DNA from: Spizellomyces punctatus DAOM BR117
Lineage: Eukaryota
Direction: 5' to 3' (one strand)
Assembly: GCA_000182565.2 (NCBI GenBank)
Contig: KQ257451.1
Length of the DNA: 64,000 bases
Translations under genes and position numbers: made by a program
Notes under the pieces: generated by a model
Told to the model about the DNA's origin: nothing
Databases searched by the model: none
Seen by the model: only the letters and a program-made list of their open reading frames with translations
Part shown: positions 12,977-26,050 of the stretch, piece after piece
Numbering within the stretch: the first letter of the stretch is position 1
Layout of the letters: each line of letters begins with the position of its first letter

Positions 12977-15927
12977 TCATATTCCGTTAGCCGCCTGGGA
13001 ATACTTTGCAAGATCTAAAGCAGGACAGCAAATCAGTATATGTGCATCACACATGTGCGAAGGTTCTAGTTACGTACATTCTGCCAGTTTTGGTGACATC
13101 GTGCGGGGAGATATCGTTGCTACCTCCTTGTTTGACTTTGACCCAATCGGTATCGGCTTTGAGGGTGGGCTTAGTGATAACCCAGGATGTAGATTTTCTT
13201 TCTTTGCCAGATTATCATTAGATTCAACAGGAACAGCAGCCATCTGTTGACCTCGCCTTAAAGTACGACTGAGTGTGGATGTCTTGGGGTCTGCATCTAC
13301 GTATCAAAAAACATTGTAAGTTGCGGCTCAGATGCGTAATGCAAACACCAAGTGTGTGATATGTACCTCCCAGGAATCCGTCCCCAAAGTCGAAATCGAT
13401 ATCCAAGAAGTTGTTTTCTGTTCCGACGATTGTTGACAGTTGAGAAGTGGCGGAAAACCTCGCAGAGGGTCTTGCCTCGGCAGCCGGCGCGAGATGATTG
13501 GCGGAGGTAGTCGTTTGCTGCTGTTTCGGCTCGGGTAGCGGTTTCGGGTCACGACCGAGTTTGGAGACATAGTTTACAGGTCTTGGCTTTAAAGGCGGTG
13601 ACATTGTTCGATATTGAATTGGAATCTTGTCGTCGTCAGTAAAGTTTCTCGCGGCGGCAAGATCTGGAATGGAGGGTAATGGCCTGGGAGTGCGACCAGT
13701 TGGGCTGCTGGGCGCCGCGTTCTGGGATGGTGGTGGTTCATAGAAACTGGGTTCCGGGAGAGCCCTTCTACCATGAAGTACGGGGCTTGGAAGCGACAAC
13801 GGATCAGGAGAATTGCCATGAGTAGCCCACTGCTGAGGCGATGTCGGGGTCTCCGTTTGTTGATTGGGACTTGATGGGATGTCCAGAAGCATAGACGATC
13901 TCGACAAGTACTTGCTTCGTTCGACAGCGGGAACATAGGAGATTGGACCGGTTGGACCTGTGTGGCAGATGGTGTCGATTTAGCGAAAATCCCATTTTAA
14001 CATGAACGATAATCATCTACCAATTGGGGGCGATTTGGCAATGTTTCCCTTCGTGGCGATACCTCGCATGGTCGCCGAAGCAGGGGAATTTGGAACCAGT
14101 TCCCGAAGGAAGCCTCCAGCAGGGGGAGAATGGTCTTCTGGGGGCGGCGTGTCCATAGCGGCATTGCTCTTTCGAGCTCTCCTTCGTGCCACAAAGTCGG
14201 CAACGTCCCCCTCATCATCTGACCATGGAAGTGCGCGTCTTCCTTTTGGAGGACTCAGCGCCATTGCTCCGCGAACTGTCCGTGGTGGTGAAGCGGAACG
14301 CGCTCGCAATGTTGCTTTCCAGTTTTTATCACGTTTACGGACGGTTGGAGCCACCTCCTCCGCAGGGTCATCGGAAATTACATTGTAGTGTTGCGGGTGC
14401 AAGTTAGCCATCATGTTAACCGTGGGTGGGGGTAGGATGGAAGCTGAATGGCAAACATTGATGGGAAGCTCAATCACCAGGTCCTTACTGCATGAATAAT
14501 ATCAGAATATGCTACTATAGCAGTAGAGATTATGACTTGGGTTCTCCACTCACTTGAACGTCCCCATATTAAGCGCAATGATTACTCGGCACGCTACCTC
14601 TGCCAAAGCGGTGTTGCGTACTGTACGAACAAAACGCTACAAAACGAACCGGACCACGGTGAGACTACTTGCGACGATACCTGCTTCTTAGAAAACTGCT
14701 TTACCGGAATGTGGATATTAAGGATGTTCGCCCTCTCCTCTCCAGGATCAAAAATGAAATCCTTCTCTTTGAAAGTTGTTTCGGATACCGACTCACTAAA
14801 CATCTTCACATCGTTTAGTGGATCTTGAGCAGATGTTCCTTCCCGTAGCATCATCAACTTGCGAATTAATGATAACTTGATTCCTTGAACCTGTTCAATA
14901 AAGGACAAAATAAATCAGAAGTAAGTTAGACGGATCACAACCGACATTTTTGCTGCAAATGACACGTACTCGTCTCTTTGAGTCGTTTTTTACGCGAAGC
15001 TCCACATACACGTCATTCCCCGAACAAAAGAAGGATTTTTGAATGGTACCCTCAAGCTGAACTTCTCCGGCACCTCCAAACCAGACTTTCCGATGATTTT
15101 TTGCCCTTATTGGCTCATCTGTGATGTCCATATGATTGGCTTTCCAGTTTTCCACCACGAACGCCTCCTTTGATCTGAATAAACTGTCGCTTCGTCCATT
15201 TTGCTTATATTGAACCACCCTATGGTTGACGGCAGTCCACGTATATGAGAATCTCTGAGTGTGGTGCCGATTTGGGATGTCACTCTTACCCTGTGACGAC
15301 ATATCGTAAGCTAGAGATATTCTGGTACGCATAAGAGCTCGGTGCGTCATTTGGAAGGCGGAAAGCAAATGGGAAAGTTGTTTTGCCCTTATTTGCTTGC
15401 CAGAATCCATTCTCTCCCGGACCGCGGACTGCGTTTGAGGGAGGCATACGCTCTCCTTGAAAAACAATGCGAGCGGAAAGGAAGGCCTGACTTCGCTCGT
15501 AATCTTTATCGCTGACCTCTAATGTATAAATTATATAGTGAGTAGGTTTGCTAGCATCTTCCTAGCGATGGGCCTTAGTCTTACCTTCAAAACCATTGAG
15601 TTCAACAGATATCTCTCCTAATTTCAAGCTTTTGTTGGTGGACGATATAATTTCCATTCTTCCGTGTAGGTTTCCTCCAGCGACATATATCGTCGAGTCA
15701 AGCAATACGTTGACTTTTAACTTGGAACATTTTCCGGGGGTCGTTGGAACAGGGTTGAAAGCCATATTCGAGGTCGGCTTAAGTGCGCTATGTGCGCCTG
15801 GAGAGGCCTTTGGTGGACTTGTACCATACGAGCCATCGGACAAATTGCCGAAGGAAGAAGTGCTGATTTTGTGGTGCAGTTCTCTCTGCCCATGTGTCAA
15901 GCTGGCTATATTACCCACAAACGCCAT
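12977..15927 (-). CDS. Arrestin-domain (alpha-arrestin-like) protein with long Pro-rich tail
   Basis: YVAGGNLHGRMEI...ISVELNGFE, KGKTTFPFAFRLPNDAPSSY...LRYVVTG, C-domain VYVELRVKNDSKRRV|QGIKLSL and DLVIELPINVCH. Disordered C-terminus. Confidence 0.8.
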
Positions 15928-17574
15928 GCCTAGAGTTATCTATGTAGGTGAGTCTAACGCGTGTGTGTGCTTTCGCACATCATCTGCAGAAGGATGCTCG
16001 TACCTATTTCCCTTAAAGTTTATTCGTTTACGAGATACGGTATTTGCCTATTCTGAGGTAGCCAAGATGGGAGTCAGGTGTGGGAAACCAATATCATCTG
16101 CGCATCGACTTGCGTACCCAACTATGAGATGAGATGATATACAAAAAGCTGCGCAACACACGCAAGTGAATGAGGAATGAGCCCAAAGCTTTATTAAAAT
16201 AGGACAAACTCCTGCATTGGGTAGCGCATTACGTCCTGCCGGAAAAGTTGACAGCGCCGAAGTCCCCAAAGATCTGCCCACGCAAACTTGGACAGTTGCG
16301 GTTGCAAGGCATTCTAATGTGGTTGCACATTTCATTAATACACTGTGCAAAGACTTGGATTGTATTTGGCTCCTGCTTCAATAGAAAGAGTCGGAAATCC
16401 GTTCTACCCATGTTGCTCTGAGCATAAAAAGCAAGGTCGAAACGGTGATGAAGCGCCAGAACAACATCAAGGCAATGCCTTCTTGCGTATATCTAATGGC
16501 CAACCATTGTTTGTTTTTATTGATTCAACCCAAGTGGATAAGCCAACTGGAATGCATCAAGTGGTAAATACGAGCGCGTCGCGAAGATTACGCGTTTGCT
16601 TTCTTGTTCATTTGCAATTTGTCCTTTGTGTTCCGCTGTTACTTTTTACCCTTCAAGGCTCGGCACTTTTTGCTGGTGCAAACCACAAATCCCCAACAAA
16701 GTAGGCTGTGTAAAGGAGTTATAAATGAGCAATTCAGATATGTCACTTGAATATGTCACTTGAACAAGATCCTTCAACATGTGATAGATCTTGGATTGCC
16801 ATGTGGGGAAGACATGCCAAAGGCACAGATTAAAATCGAGGACGGCGCGTCCCTGCACTTTGTGACCCAACAAACCAGACTATTGCTGTAGGAACAAAAG
16901 ATGAGCCACATTGGAAGTTGAGGACGAAAAGTTATTCTTGATGATGAACATGATCTCATGTTCTGTGCATGCGCTAACGTAGGTGGAAGTTGCATTGCAA
17001 TTATATTGATTAGGTAACAGATTAATTTAATATCGCTGTCAATTATACTAGAATATATCTCTTTATACTTGATAGCATCCAGTCATTACATAGCCTATAA
17101 CGAGTGTTTAGTAGTGAGTATTATGACTGTGAAGCTCACTATCTAGTGTTCAATATATCCGCATAATATCAGACAACTTTATCTCATCCAAATGCGCTCT
17201 TCATGATACCTTAGAGTTGCATTCCATTGGTGGTAACCCTTCGTAGTGCGTTGGCATTAAAAGTCTCGTGAATAACAGGTTTGCGGGAGAGTCACGCCGA
17301 TCGTGTGACTGTGCCAATGGCCTTTCCACAAGCAACTGACCTAACTCGGAAGGCCTTCAGTGCAAGATCTCATCGACACGTCAACAAAAGCTGCCATCTT
17401 TGCAACAGTGCGCACATAGGAGAGGTTCGACTGTGGCAAAAGATTAACTTTGTAACTGTTCGTCTCCAATCTGGGTTTTAGATGGTAGTAAAATTGGGGC
17501 TAGGTAGTATGAGGAATTATGGCTGATAATATGCGCCTTTCGTAGTGTTTGTGAGATTACCAACTGCCGAGAAA

Positions 17575-19979
17575 ATGAGCTCTTTAAACAATCCTCCTTT
17601 GCCTGGGACAAAGAGATACACACTTCGGTCGTCTCTACCGCAAACATCAATAGCACATCATGTAATGAAATTCCAGACCCAGAAGTTTGATCTCGAATCG
17701 CTAGTACCGCCGGTCCGCATGGTCCGTGAGGTACCAAAACCACGAAAACCTGTAGAAGAGCCTACAAGCACCGAACCATCAGAAGCAGCTAACAAAGAGA
17801 AGATGGACCCTACCAAGGTTGCACCTTTCGGGAATGCGGTTAAAAATCGCCAGAACTTATTCAAGAAGAAGACAAAGAGTTACATATATGCGCGAGACCC
17901 CGATGATGATAATTCACCCAGGAGGCCGAGAAGAGATCCAGATAGATTTCCTTGGATTCTCTCGGATTTCGATGGTTCCCAGCAGTATACGGGGAATGTG
18001 GAGGGCATGCCAGAATCGAGTTACCTGATGCTTGCTGTGAGGGTATGCCGCTCAATTGGCTGAACGTACATTGACGCACACTATCTTACTTGAGTTTGGC
18101 TAGGGGGGATAGCCTTAAAGTTGTACCTGTTTCCAAATGGTACAAATTCATGCCGAAGCCTAAATATCGCACATTAACCGCGGAGGAAGCAGATGAAATG
18201 ATGAAACTGCAGAGCCGTAAGCGGCTAGACACGTGGCTGATGCATAAAGCTCCGAAGGAGGTTAGTACTTTTAACCAAGATGTGTTTGTAATTGCACATA
18301 TCCTCAAGAACCTGCCCATTCAAAGGAAGACGCGGCCATAGCCCCTGATTCACAGCCAAAGGAGGAGAAAGGCTGGATTAAAAAAATCCTGGAAGGGGAA
18401 GGTGACGAAAAGAACGGTCGGGCAAGGCGGCCGCGTTCGCAACGCGATGATGACGCAGGAGAGCTCGACTATGAGGAAGAATTTGCTGATGATGAGGAGC
18501 TGCTTTTCGGAATTGAGGATGAGGAGGAAGCCAAGGAAGCCATTAAGCGCCAGTACGGAAAACACGGGAAGCGATCGGGATTCTTGGACGATGAGGATGA
18601 TGAGGATGAGGAGGAACATGATACCAGAAAAAAGAAAGGTGTTGGGAAGGTACGCTAGAGTTCGGAATGACATTTGTTGTAGCAGGAACTTCGACACGCC
18701 TTATTTTTCCAGGATTTGAGAAAGGCATTACGGAAAGCGGACCAAGCGGATGATGTTTATCACTCGGATGAAGCAAATCCTTACCTTAGCGATGAGGTAA
18801 CAGCGTCTTGTTTTGCAGCATCTAACCAGGGTCCTTATGATTTCCCCCTCCTTGGTCCCCCGTAGGAGGAGAGTGACGAAGAAGAAGCCAACTCAGAGGA
18901 TGTGGAGGTAAAAACGGAGCCAGGAACTGAGGATGCAGCTAAACAGAAGAAGCGGAAAGATGGTGAATCCCATGGGATTGCAGTTGGACTAGGAAAGAAG
19001 ATCAAGAGGGAGGATTCTATCTCGCCTAGCGCATCTCCAGAGCATATCCTGATGGACAAGAAAAAAGCCAAGAGTTCAGCCAAATCGCCATCGCATCTGG
19101 GTAGCAGTGGGCGGGCGACAAGTTCTGTTGGAAGAGCCGCGAGTACATCTCCACTACATGGTAGCAGTCCGGCAGGTGCAGGCAGGTCCGTTACTGGCAA
19201 GAAAAGAAAAGGACCGGGTTCGGATGATGAGAAAGTTGAGAAGGTCAATTATCCTACAATTAGATCGTTCTACTTCCTTCGTGAAGTTTGTGAACTAAAT
19301 TTCTTATGTCTACAGAAGCCTAGAACCGAATTCGCGCCTGTCACTTCCAGTTCAGCGTCAGAAATCTTGAAGCAGCTCGCCGGATCTGCTAGCCCACCAC
19401 ACCTTGGATCTTCCCGTCCTCCGTCTGTGCGTTCAAAAGCTCCGACTGGTCGCCCAAAAGCCGGCAGTGCACGGAATACCCCAATGACAGATAGCGCCGC
19501 TGCCGGTGGACCATCGGCGCAAGCTACAGCACGCAGTACGCCCCTTACCGAGGGTGGCGCACGCGGTACACCAGGGTCGGGCAGTGGAACTGGCAAGCGC
19601 AAGGTGAAGAAAGGCACTCCTGGTGGTACCCCAAGGACTAGCCCTACCACCGGCGGTAGTAGCAAACAAGGCTCGACTCGTAAGTAGATCTATTTAGGCC
19701 GCTCTTTGGTTCTTTTCTAATGCATACTCTCTCCCGAATGAAGGACGAGCGAACGCCTCGGACATTATCGATGTGTTTAGGAGAGAGAAAAAGGATGCGA
19801 TGCAATTGGGAGAACTGGTTCGCGGATTATCACATATCATGGGGAAATTGAGTAAAGAGGAGCAACGCAATATCGTTCGTGGATTGATTAAGAACGTTTG
19901 CAATGTTACCAAGACGGATAGTGCAGCAAAAAGCAGCGGAGTGGTTCTTTCTGTCAAGCCGGAATTCAAGGATTGGTAG
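17575..19979 (+). CDS. TFG1: Transcription initiation factor TFIIF large subunit (Tfg1/RAP74)
   Basis: HHVMKF, VAPFGNAVKNRQNLFKKKT, RFPWILSDFDG, VVPVSKWYKFMPKPKYRTLTAEEADEMM, acidic ELDYEEEFADDEE region and a C-terminal winged-helix-like exon. Confidence 0.88.
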
Positions 19980-20327
19980 CCTAGCCGGTCCGGTCGTGGT
20001 GTGGTATTGCTATCAAAGTGGACATGTATATACTTGACATCGTGCAATACACGCTCAGAAACGAAACGGCAAAGGAATCTTCTTATCCAATCAATATGTA
20101 CAAACAGACTTTGTAGGCCCTTCAAGTGGCAAATCTATACTACGATGTTTAACGTTGCGCATATCCATGCTGCTTGCGACTCGACGATCCATCAATGACT
20201 GTGTATATTATCAGCAGAAATAACGCAATGACTGGTAAGATAAATTTCCGGGGTCTCCTAAAAACATGATCGTCAACAAACATTGCACCTTTGAAAGACA
20301 TTTTTCCCGTCTTAAACAATAAAGTTC

Positions 20328-21013
20328 TTACAGCTCGAGAGGGAAAAGGTCCCAGAATGAATTGATGTCCTCCATGTAAGGATAGCCTTTCACAGCACTA
20401 GTCCATGTGGCCTTCACCTCCTTAGGTCGCGCTAATTCTGCCGAGTACTGTTGAATCAATGTCGTTTCTTTCTGAATCTCAGCTTTTAGCTCCTTGGACC
20501 GTCTTCCTGCATTTTCCGTCTGTACAAGCAAGCTCGTCAGTAATCTCAACTCGACAAAGTCAGAGAGTTTGAGCCCACCTTGACTTTAAGGGTCCCAAAT
20601 CTTGCCTGATAATCCTTGAACTCCACTAAATACTGCCTAGCTATCTCCGGGTCTTCTGCTTGTTTGAGGAGCTCCCTGCAGGTTACAGAATTAGAGCATG
20701 TCCTACTTTGACGATGCATACCGCGACCTTACCTCATTTGCAGCAAGTATTGACGATGCGCGTCAAACTCGGATTTCTTGGCTGCAAACACTCCCGCCGG
20801 ATCCTCTAATACTGCTTCCTCTAGTGACATCGGAGGCCGATGTGCGGACGGTGTGGTTGTGCTCGACGTCTGCTGGTCATTGGAACTTGGTGAGGTAGGT
20901 GGTATAAAGTTGGATAGTTGACGGAGTGTTTGCAGTGTGGGATCGACGATTTGAGAGTTTGTTGACTGTCTCTCCTTTGTTGTGCTTTCCTGATCCTCCT
21001 TTTGCAGGTCCAT
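20328..21013 (-). CDS. Hypothetical small coiled-coil protein (3 exons)
   Basis: ATG 21013. The exons join in frame through two GT-AG introns (...QYLLQMR|ELLKQAED...TLKVK|TENAGRR...FPLEL*). No family recognised. Confidence 0.6.
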
Positions 21014-21201
21014 CGTAACGGTCTTGGTCTGATCTGGTTCCAAATTGTCCTCTCCTGAGTGCGCGAGCCCTTGGATCCATGATCGCACGCGTGACTCACA
21101 CAGGACAAGTGTCAACAGATGCGGCTGCGTTTGTCGTTTGTTGACGACTTGGCGAGTGGTTTTCCTTCCCACGCTCCATCTTCAATATTCTCCGCTCAGC
21201 C

Positions 21202-24200
21202 ATGCCACCGCAAAGCGAGCCGTCACCCTTTACACCTCAAATTGTTCGTGGACTTAGCGACAAGCTTTACGAAAAGCGGAAGGCAGCTGCTTTGGAAGTC
21301 GAACGGTTCGTTTACTTTTGCATTCTGTAGCACATGTAGGATGGGCGGCGGCTAGACAGACCGTTAGATGGTGCAGCATGTAATATGGCGAACAACTGCC
21401 GCGATCTGCATAGGACAGCAAAGTCCCACGTTGCAGTCATAATCGTGATGCGGAAATACGATTGAGATATGCGGAATGTGGACAAACCAGAATAGTGGCA
21501 GGCTGCACATTGAAGACTAACAAGTTATTATTCACCAAACTAATGACCCTTGGTTCAGCCTCATACGTGACGCACTCACGACCAGCGATCACACACGCAT
21601 TTCCGCAATTCTTCGAACCCTCATTGACGATTTTGCTTATTCATCCCTACCCAATGCACGAAATGGAGGATTGATTGCGCTCGCCGCTGCCGCAATCGCC
21701 CTTGGTATCGCAGACCTCTCTCGACATCTCGACGCGATTGTTCCGCCAATCCTATCCTGTTTCTCTGATCAGGACTCACGAGTGCGATATTATGCGTGTG
21801 AGAGCATGTATAACGTCGCAAAAGTCGCTAGAGGTGATATATTGAAGCATTTTAACGAGATTTTTGATGCGCTGAGTAAGGTAAGACAAAAGCGGTATCC
21901 TTTTGTGACGCAGAACCTAGTGTGATTGGCCGAATGCTGTGCGCTACCACTCGGCAATATCTTGAAGTATTCACCGCATCCTTCTCACATTCTACAGCTC
22001 TCTTCGGACGCTGAGCCATCCGTTAAAAATGGAGCGGAATTACTCGATCGCTTAATGAAAGATATTGTATCTGAGCGAGCTGTATACTGGGCCCCTACAC
22101 AGTTGGAAGAAGGCCCTGAATCATTACGAAAGGCCGCAGAACAACCGACGTCACCGACCGTGGGCTCGCCATCCGCAAACCCGGTTCAACCAGCGGTTCC
22201 GCCATTGCCGGGCACTGTTCCTCTTTTACCAGGCATGAAACCAAATCAATTCAACCTTCCTCGTTTCATCCCACTTCTTGCCGAGCGCATTCACACTCTC
22301 GCCCCGTTTACACGAACCTTCCTCGTGCAATGGATATCTGTCCTGGACTCTGTGCCAGATTTAGAGCTAATTGCATACCTCCCAGACTTTCTGGATGGCT
22401 TGTTCAACTATCTTAGTGATCCGAATATTGATGTGCGGGTGGCAACCCTGAATGTTTTGGCAGAATTCTTAAAAGAGATTCGTGACGTAGTGGAGACTCA
22501 ACGAAGTCGAGGAGCCTTAAAAATTCGTGGCAAGGTTACCAAACCGTCGAATGGCCGTACACATCGTCGAGCGTGGTCTGATGCCGGTCCCCCTCCACCA
22601 TATTCTGTCGGTGGCATTCACGACGATGACATGAATGAAAAAGCAAGTGTGAAATCGTTGACGATATCCAGTGGTCCCGAACCTGTGGAGTCACCCATTG
22701 TAAGCAACGACGACCAGATACCAGCAGCGCATGATACAGGCCGAGAAGATGCGAAAATGGCATCAGACCTTTCGGAAAAACCACGGAATGAAGCGGTTGA
22801 CGGAAGTCAGCCTTATGTTCCAGGACTAAGTGTTGTACTAGATATAGGACGCATGACAGAAATCTTGATTCCGCATCTGATGAGCACGGGTACGTCCGAA
22901 TCCATACGTGAATTAAACTGCTGAAAGAGACTCAAATGCTGGGTATCCGACAGATGAAGAAACCCAGGCAACTGCGCTCCGTTGGATAAACGAGTTTATT
23001 ATTCTGGCCCGAGAGGTCATGCTCCCTTATACGCCAATGCTCTTGAACGCCATCTTACCAAGCTCGGCGCACTCTGTGAATGATATCCTTTTGCATAGTT
23101 GTTGGCGCGCCCACTCGTATTTAAGATGGCCATTCCTTAACTCAAAACTATACCCATTAGAAACGTAGCTGTCGAGACAAATTCAAATCTTTATAAGCTT
23201 ATTCTGGACCTTCCCACCAGTTCGCTTCCATCAGGAGAATCCCAAGTGCCCGTTGATGCAGCACAGGGAGGACCAAGAGCGATAACTGTGACGCCGCCAT
23301 CGGAAGAGACCACATACGCAACGCCTGCATCTCACAACAATGGAGCCCAGTTAGATTCTATTGATTTGCATGCAACGGTGGACACACTCACCTTGCAATT
23401 TCAAGATGAACGGGAAGAAACCAGAGTGGCAGCCTTGGAATGGCTATTGATGTTGCATAAGAAGGCACCTCGACGGGTAATTAGGACCTATTTGGCAACC
23501 GACCTTGCTAGTATATTGACTGACAGAAACATATGCATGACCAAGGTTCTTAATTCGGATGACGCGACCTTTCAAGCCTTGTTGCGAACACTATCTGACT
23601 CTTCCGAAGAGGTGAGCTAGTCTTCTGCTCATCTGTGCTCGCAAGACAGGATGTCTTAAACATATGTTGCACTTGAAAGGTGGTCAAACGCGATCTTCAA
23701 TTGCTGGCTCAGGTGTCGCAGCATTCCGATGATGAATATTTCAGTAGATTTATGGTCAACTTGCTCTCCCTATTTTCGACGGACCGGCGACTCCTGGAAA
23801 CTCGCGGAAGTTTGATCATTCGACAGCTGTGTTTAAGTCTGAATCCGGAGAGGATGTATAGAACTTTTGCAGAGATTTTGGAAAGGGAGGAGGTATGGGT
23901 TTACCTCTTTTTCATTGCTATGGTCAAGGTGATATGCAACTAGTGGTTATACAGGACCTCGAATTTGCGAGCACAATGATCCAGAATCTCAATTTCATCC
24001 TCATCACTGCACCCGAATTAGCAGATCTGAGACGACGCTTGAAAAATCTGGACTCGAGAGTATGTTCGTACTTCTGTAATATAAAACTGATGCAACTTAT
24101 TCACTGGCGACGAGAGCAGGACGGCATTCTACTGTTTACTGCTCTATATCGTTCGTGGTGCCACAACGCTGTTGCAGTCTTCTCTTTATGTCTTTTGGCA

Positions 24201-25113
24201 CAAGCCTACGAACACGCATCAGCGTTACTAACACTATTTGCTGATCTTGAAATAACTGTGAATTTGCTGATTCAAATCGATAAACTGGTGCAGCTACTTG
24301 AGAGTCCCGTGTTCACATACCTGAGGCTGCAGTTACTGGAGCCCGATAGGTACCCACATCTATTCAAGTGCCTGTACGGGATCTTGATGCTATTGCCGCA
24401 GAGTTCAGCATTTGCAACGTTGAGAAATCGCTTGAACTCAGTGAGCTCGATGGTGTTTATGTTTTCGGGCGGGGCTGGCATGTCGGCTGGGTTGCCAGCT
24501 TCCACGGTTTCCGATTCGTCACCAAGAGGAAGTGTATCCGCATTAGGAAATCGAACGTGGGTCTACTCAGCACGCTTTGGTCGAATACTGCGCTAATAAC
24601 TGGTTTTTAGTGGCAGCCGGCCGAAGGCCGGAGAAGCTTCTCCACCGCCGCAAGTACGATGGAATGAGCTACTTCAACAATTCCGTTCTGTCCAAGCACG
24701 CCATGAGCGTAGTCGACGACTAGGTCTGCAGTGTTGCATCAAGACAACGTATATCAAATGCTCAATGGCGTTTCCTGGTTTCAGGCGGACGAGGCAGCTT
24801 GCCGTCGCTGGATCGAAGTGGCAATTCTAAGCGGCGAGTACGGTCCTCTCGCGCGGATGAAATAAACGGGGGTGATGATTCGTCCTCGCTTCCGCATCTC
24901 TCAGCAGGGCATGGGAGCGGTGATCACAGTCGAACGATGAACCCGACGATCACAAGAGAACGATCAGGAAGTTTTGCATCTTCAAGCGGGGGACGTTATT
25001 CGAGAGTCGGTAGCGGAAATCCTGGTGGGAGTCCTGGGAGGTCCAGTAGTGAGAGTTCCCGCGTAGTACGGAAGACGACTGCTCCTGGGTTTGGTGTAAG
25101 ACGAGCCCAATGA
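21202..25113 (+). CDS. VAC14: Vacuole morphology protein VAC14 (PIKfyve/Fab1 complex scaffold)
   Basis: [122 protein letters not shown]. Contains one AT-AC intron. Confidence 0.97.
23083..23153 (+). other. U12-type (minor spliceosome) AT-AC intron in VAC14
   Basis: 5' ATATCCTTTT, branch TTCCTTAAC at 23133-23141, 3' TAC. Removing it restores the frame ([14 protein letters not shown]). Confidence 0.92.
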
Positions 25114-26050
25114 GTTGAGAGTTTAATGTGAGCAACTTTGATCTAGTTTGCATAGATAGCAGTATTTTATTGTATAGGTAGTAGCCAGCTTATAGGTATA
25201 GCAGAGGGAATGTTGACATGCTTGTCCGTCGCATTACAAGTCAGAGATATGGTCTTTTATCCGGAGGCTGTGCATTAGTTTGTGCACATGCCGACAGAAT
25301 AACAGCAGAGCCATTTTGACACAGCCAAAGCAGCCTTCTTCGCAAAAGTCAATGTTCTCTTGCCTACGACACGAACTTGACTATACCTATCATGGTTTCA
25401 ACCTAAACATCATTTTGGCCGAGCCATGTGGTTATTATAAGCACGAAACAGAAACAAAGCACAGTTATTATCTTCCACCAACCAGCTCCCTGTTGCGACC
25501 CCACCAGTTTCTTCCCATCATCAAGGAGCTGAACAAGGGAATATTGAAGGTCATCTAACCACTACAGTTTTTTGTGCACTTCCTACCAGCAACTACCGTA
25601 TCTTCATTACGTCGATCTTTATTAATAAATGCCATTTTCCACTTACCTCCTTGCTCAACACATTCTAGATATAGGTAACTTTCTTCCTTCTCTATTGTCA
25701 TCTATTAGAGCCCGCCAATTTAACTCTGGGGCTTTCAGTTAGACAAACAATCATGAAGTAATCTTTGGGAGTCACAAAGGTCACTAGTGCTACATGGCGA
25801 AATATCAAGCTTTGGGGTGGAGGTCAAGGAGAATGGAGAAGATGATGATCGGTCTGACAAAGTGTTACCAGCATATCAAGATGCTGGTGGTTCGGTTGAG
25901 GAAATAGTACTTCTACTACAGGCAATTCACATTTAACTGCCAAAACAACCATCTGCACTACAGTGAATGCACTAGAGTCAAGTCTATTGACGCTACATCT
26001 ATACATGCCGTGTGACTACCAGAAAATAGCCCATTGCACAGATGTCTGCC

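Noticed and set aside
21306-21558. Unusually long VAC14 intron 1 as an ncRNA host
   Set aside because: No convincing C/D or H/ACA box arrangement could be seen.
21895-21904. GTATCCTTTT, a U12-like donor inside VAC14 intron 2
   Set aside because: It lies 14 nt downstream of a good U2 donor, is out of frame with the acceptor, and has no TCCTTAAC branch; at most a relic.
25200-26000. Gap between VAC14 and AACS with exon-like fragments on the minus strand
   Set aside because: The fragments do not join into an open frame and no TIR or LTR was found; possibly a decayed gene but unsupported.
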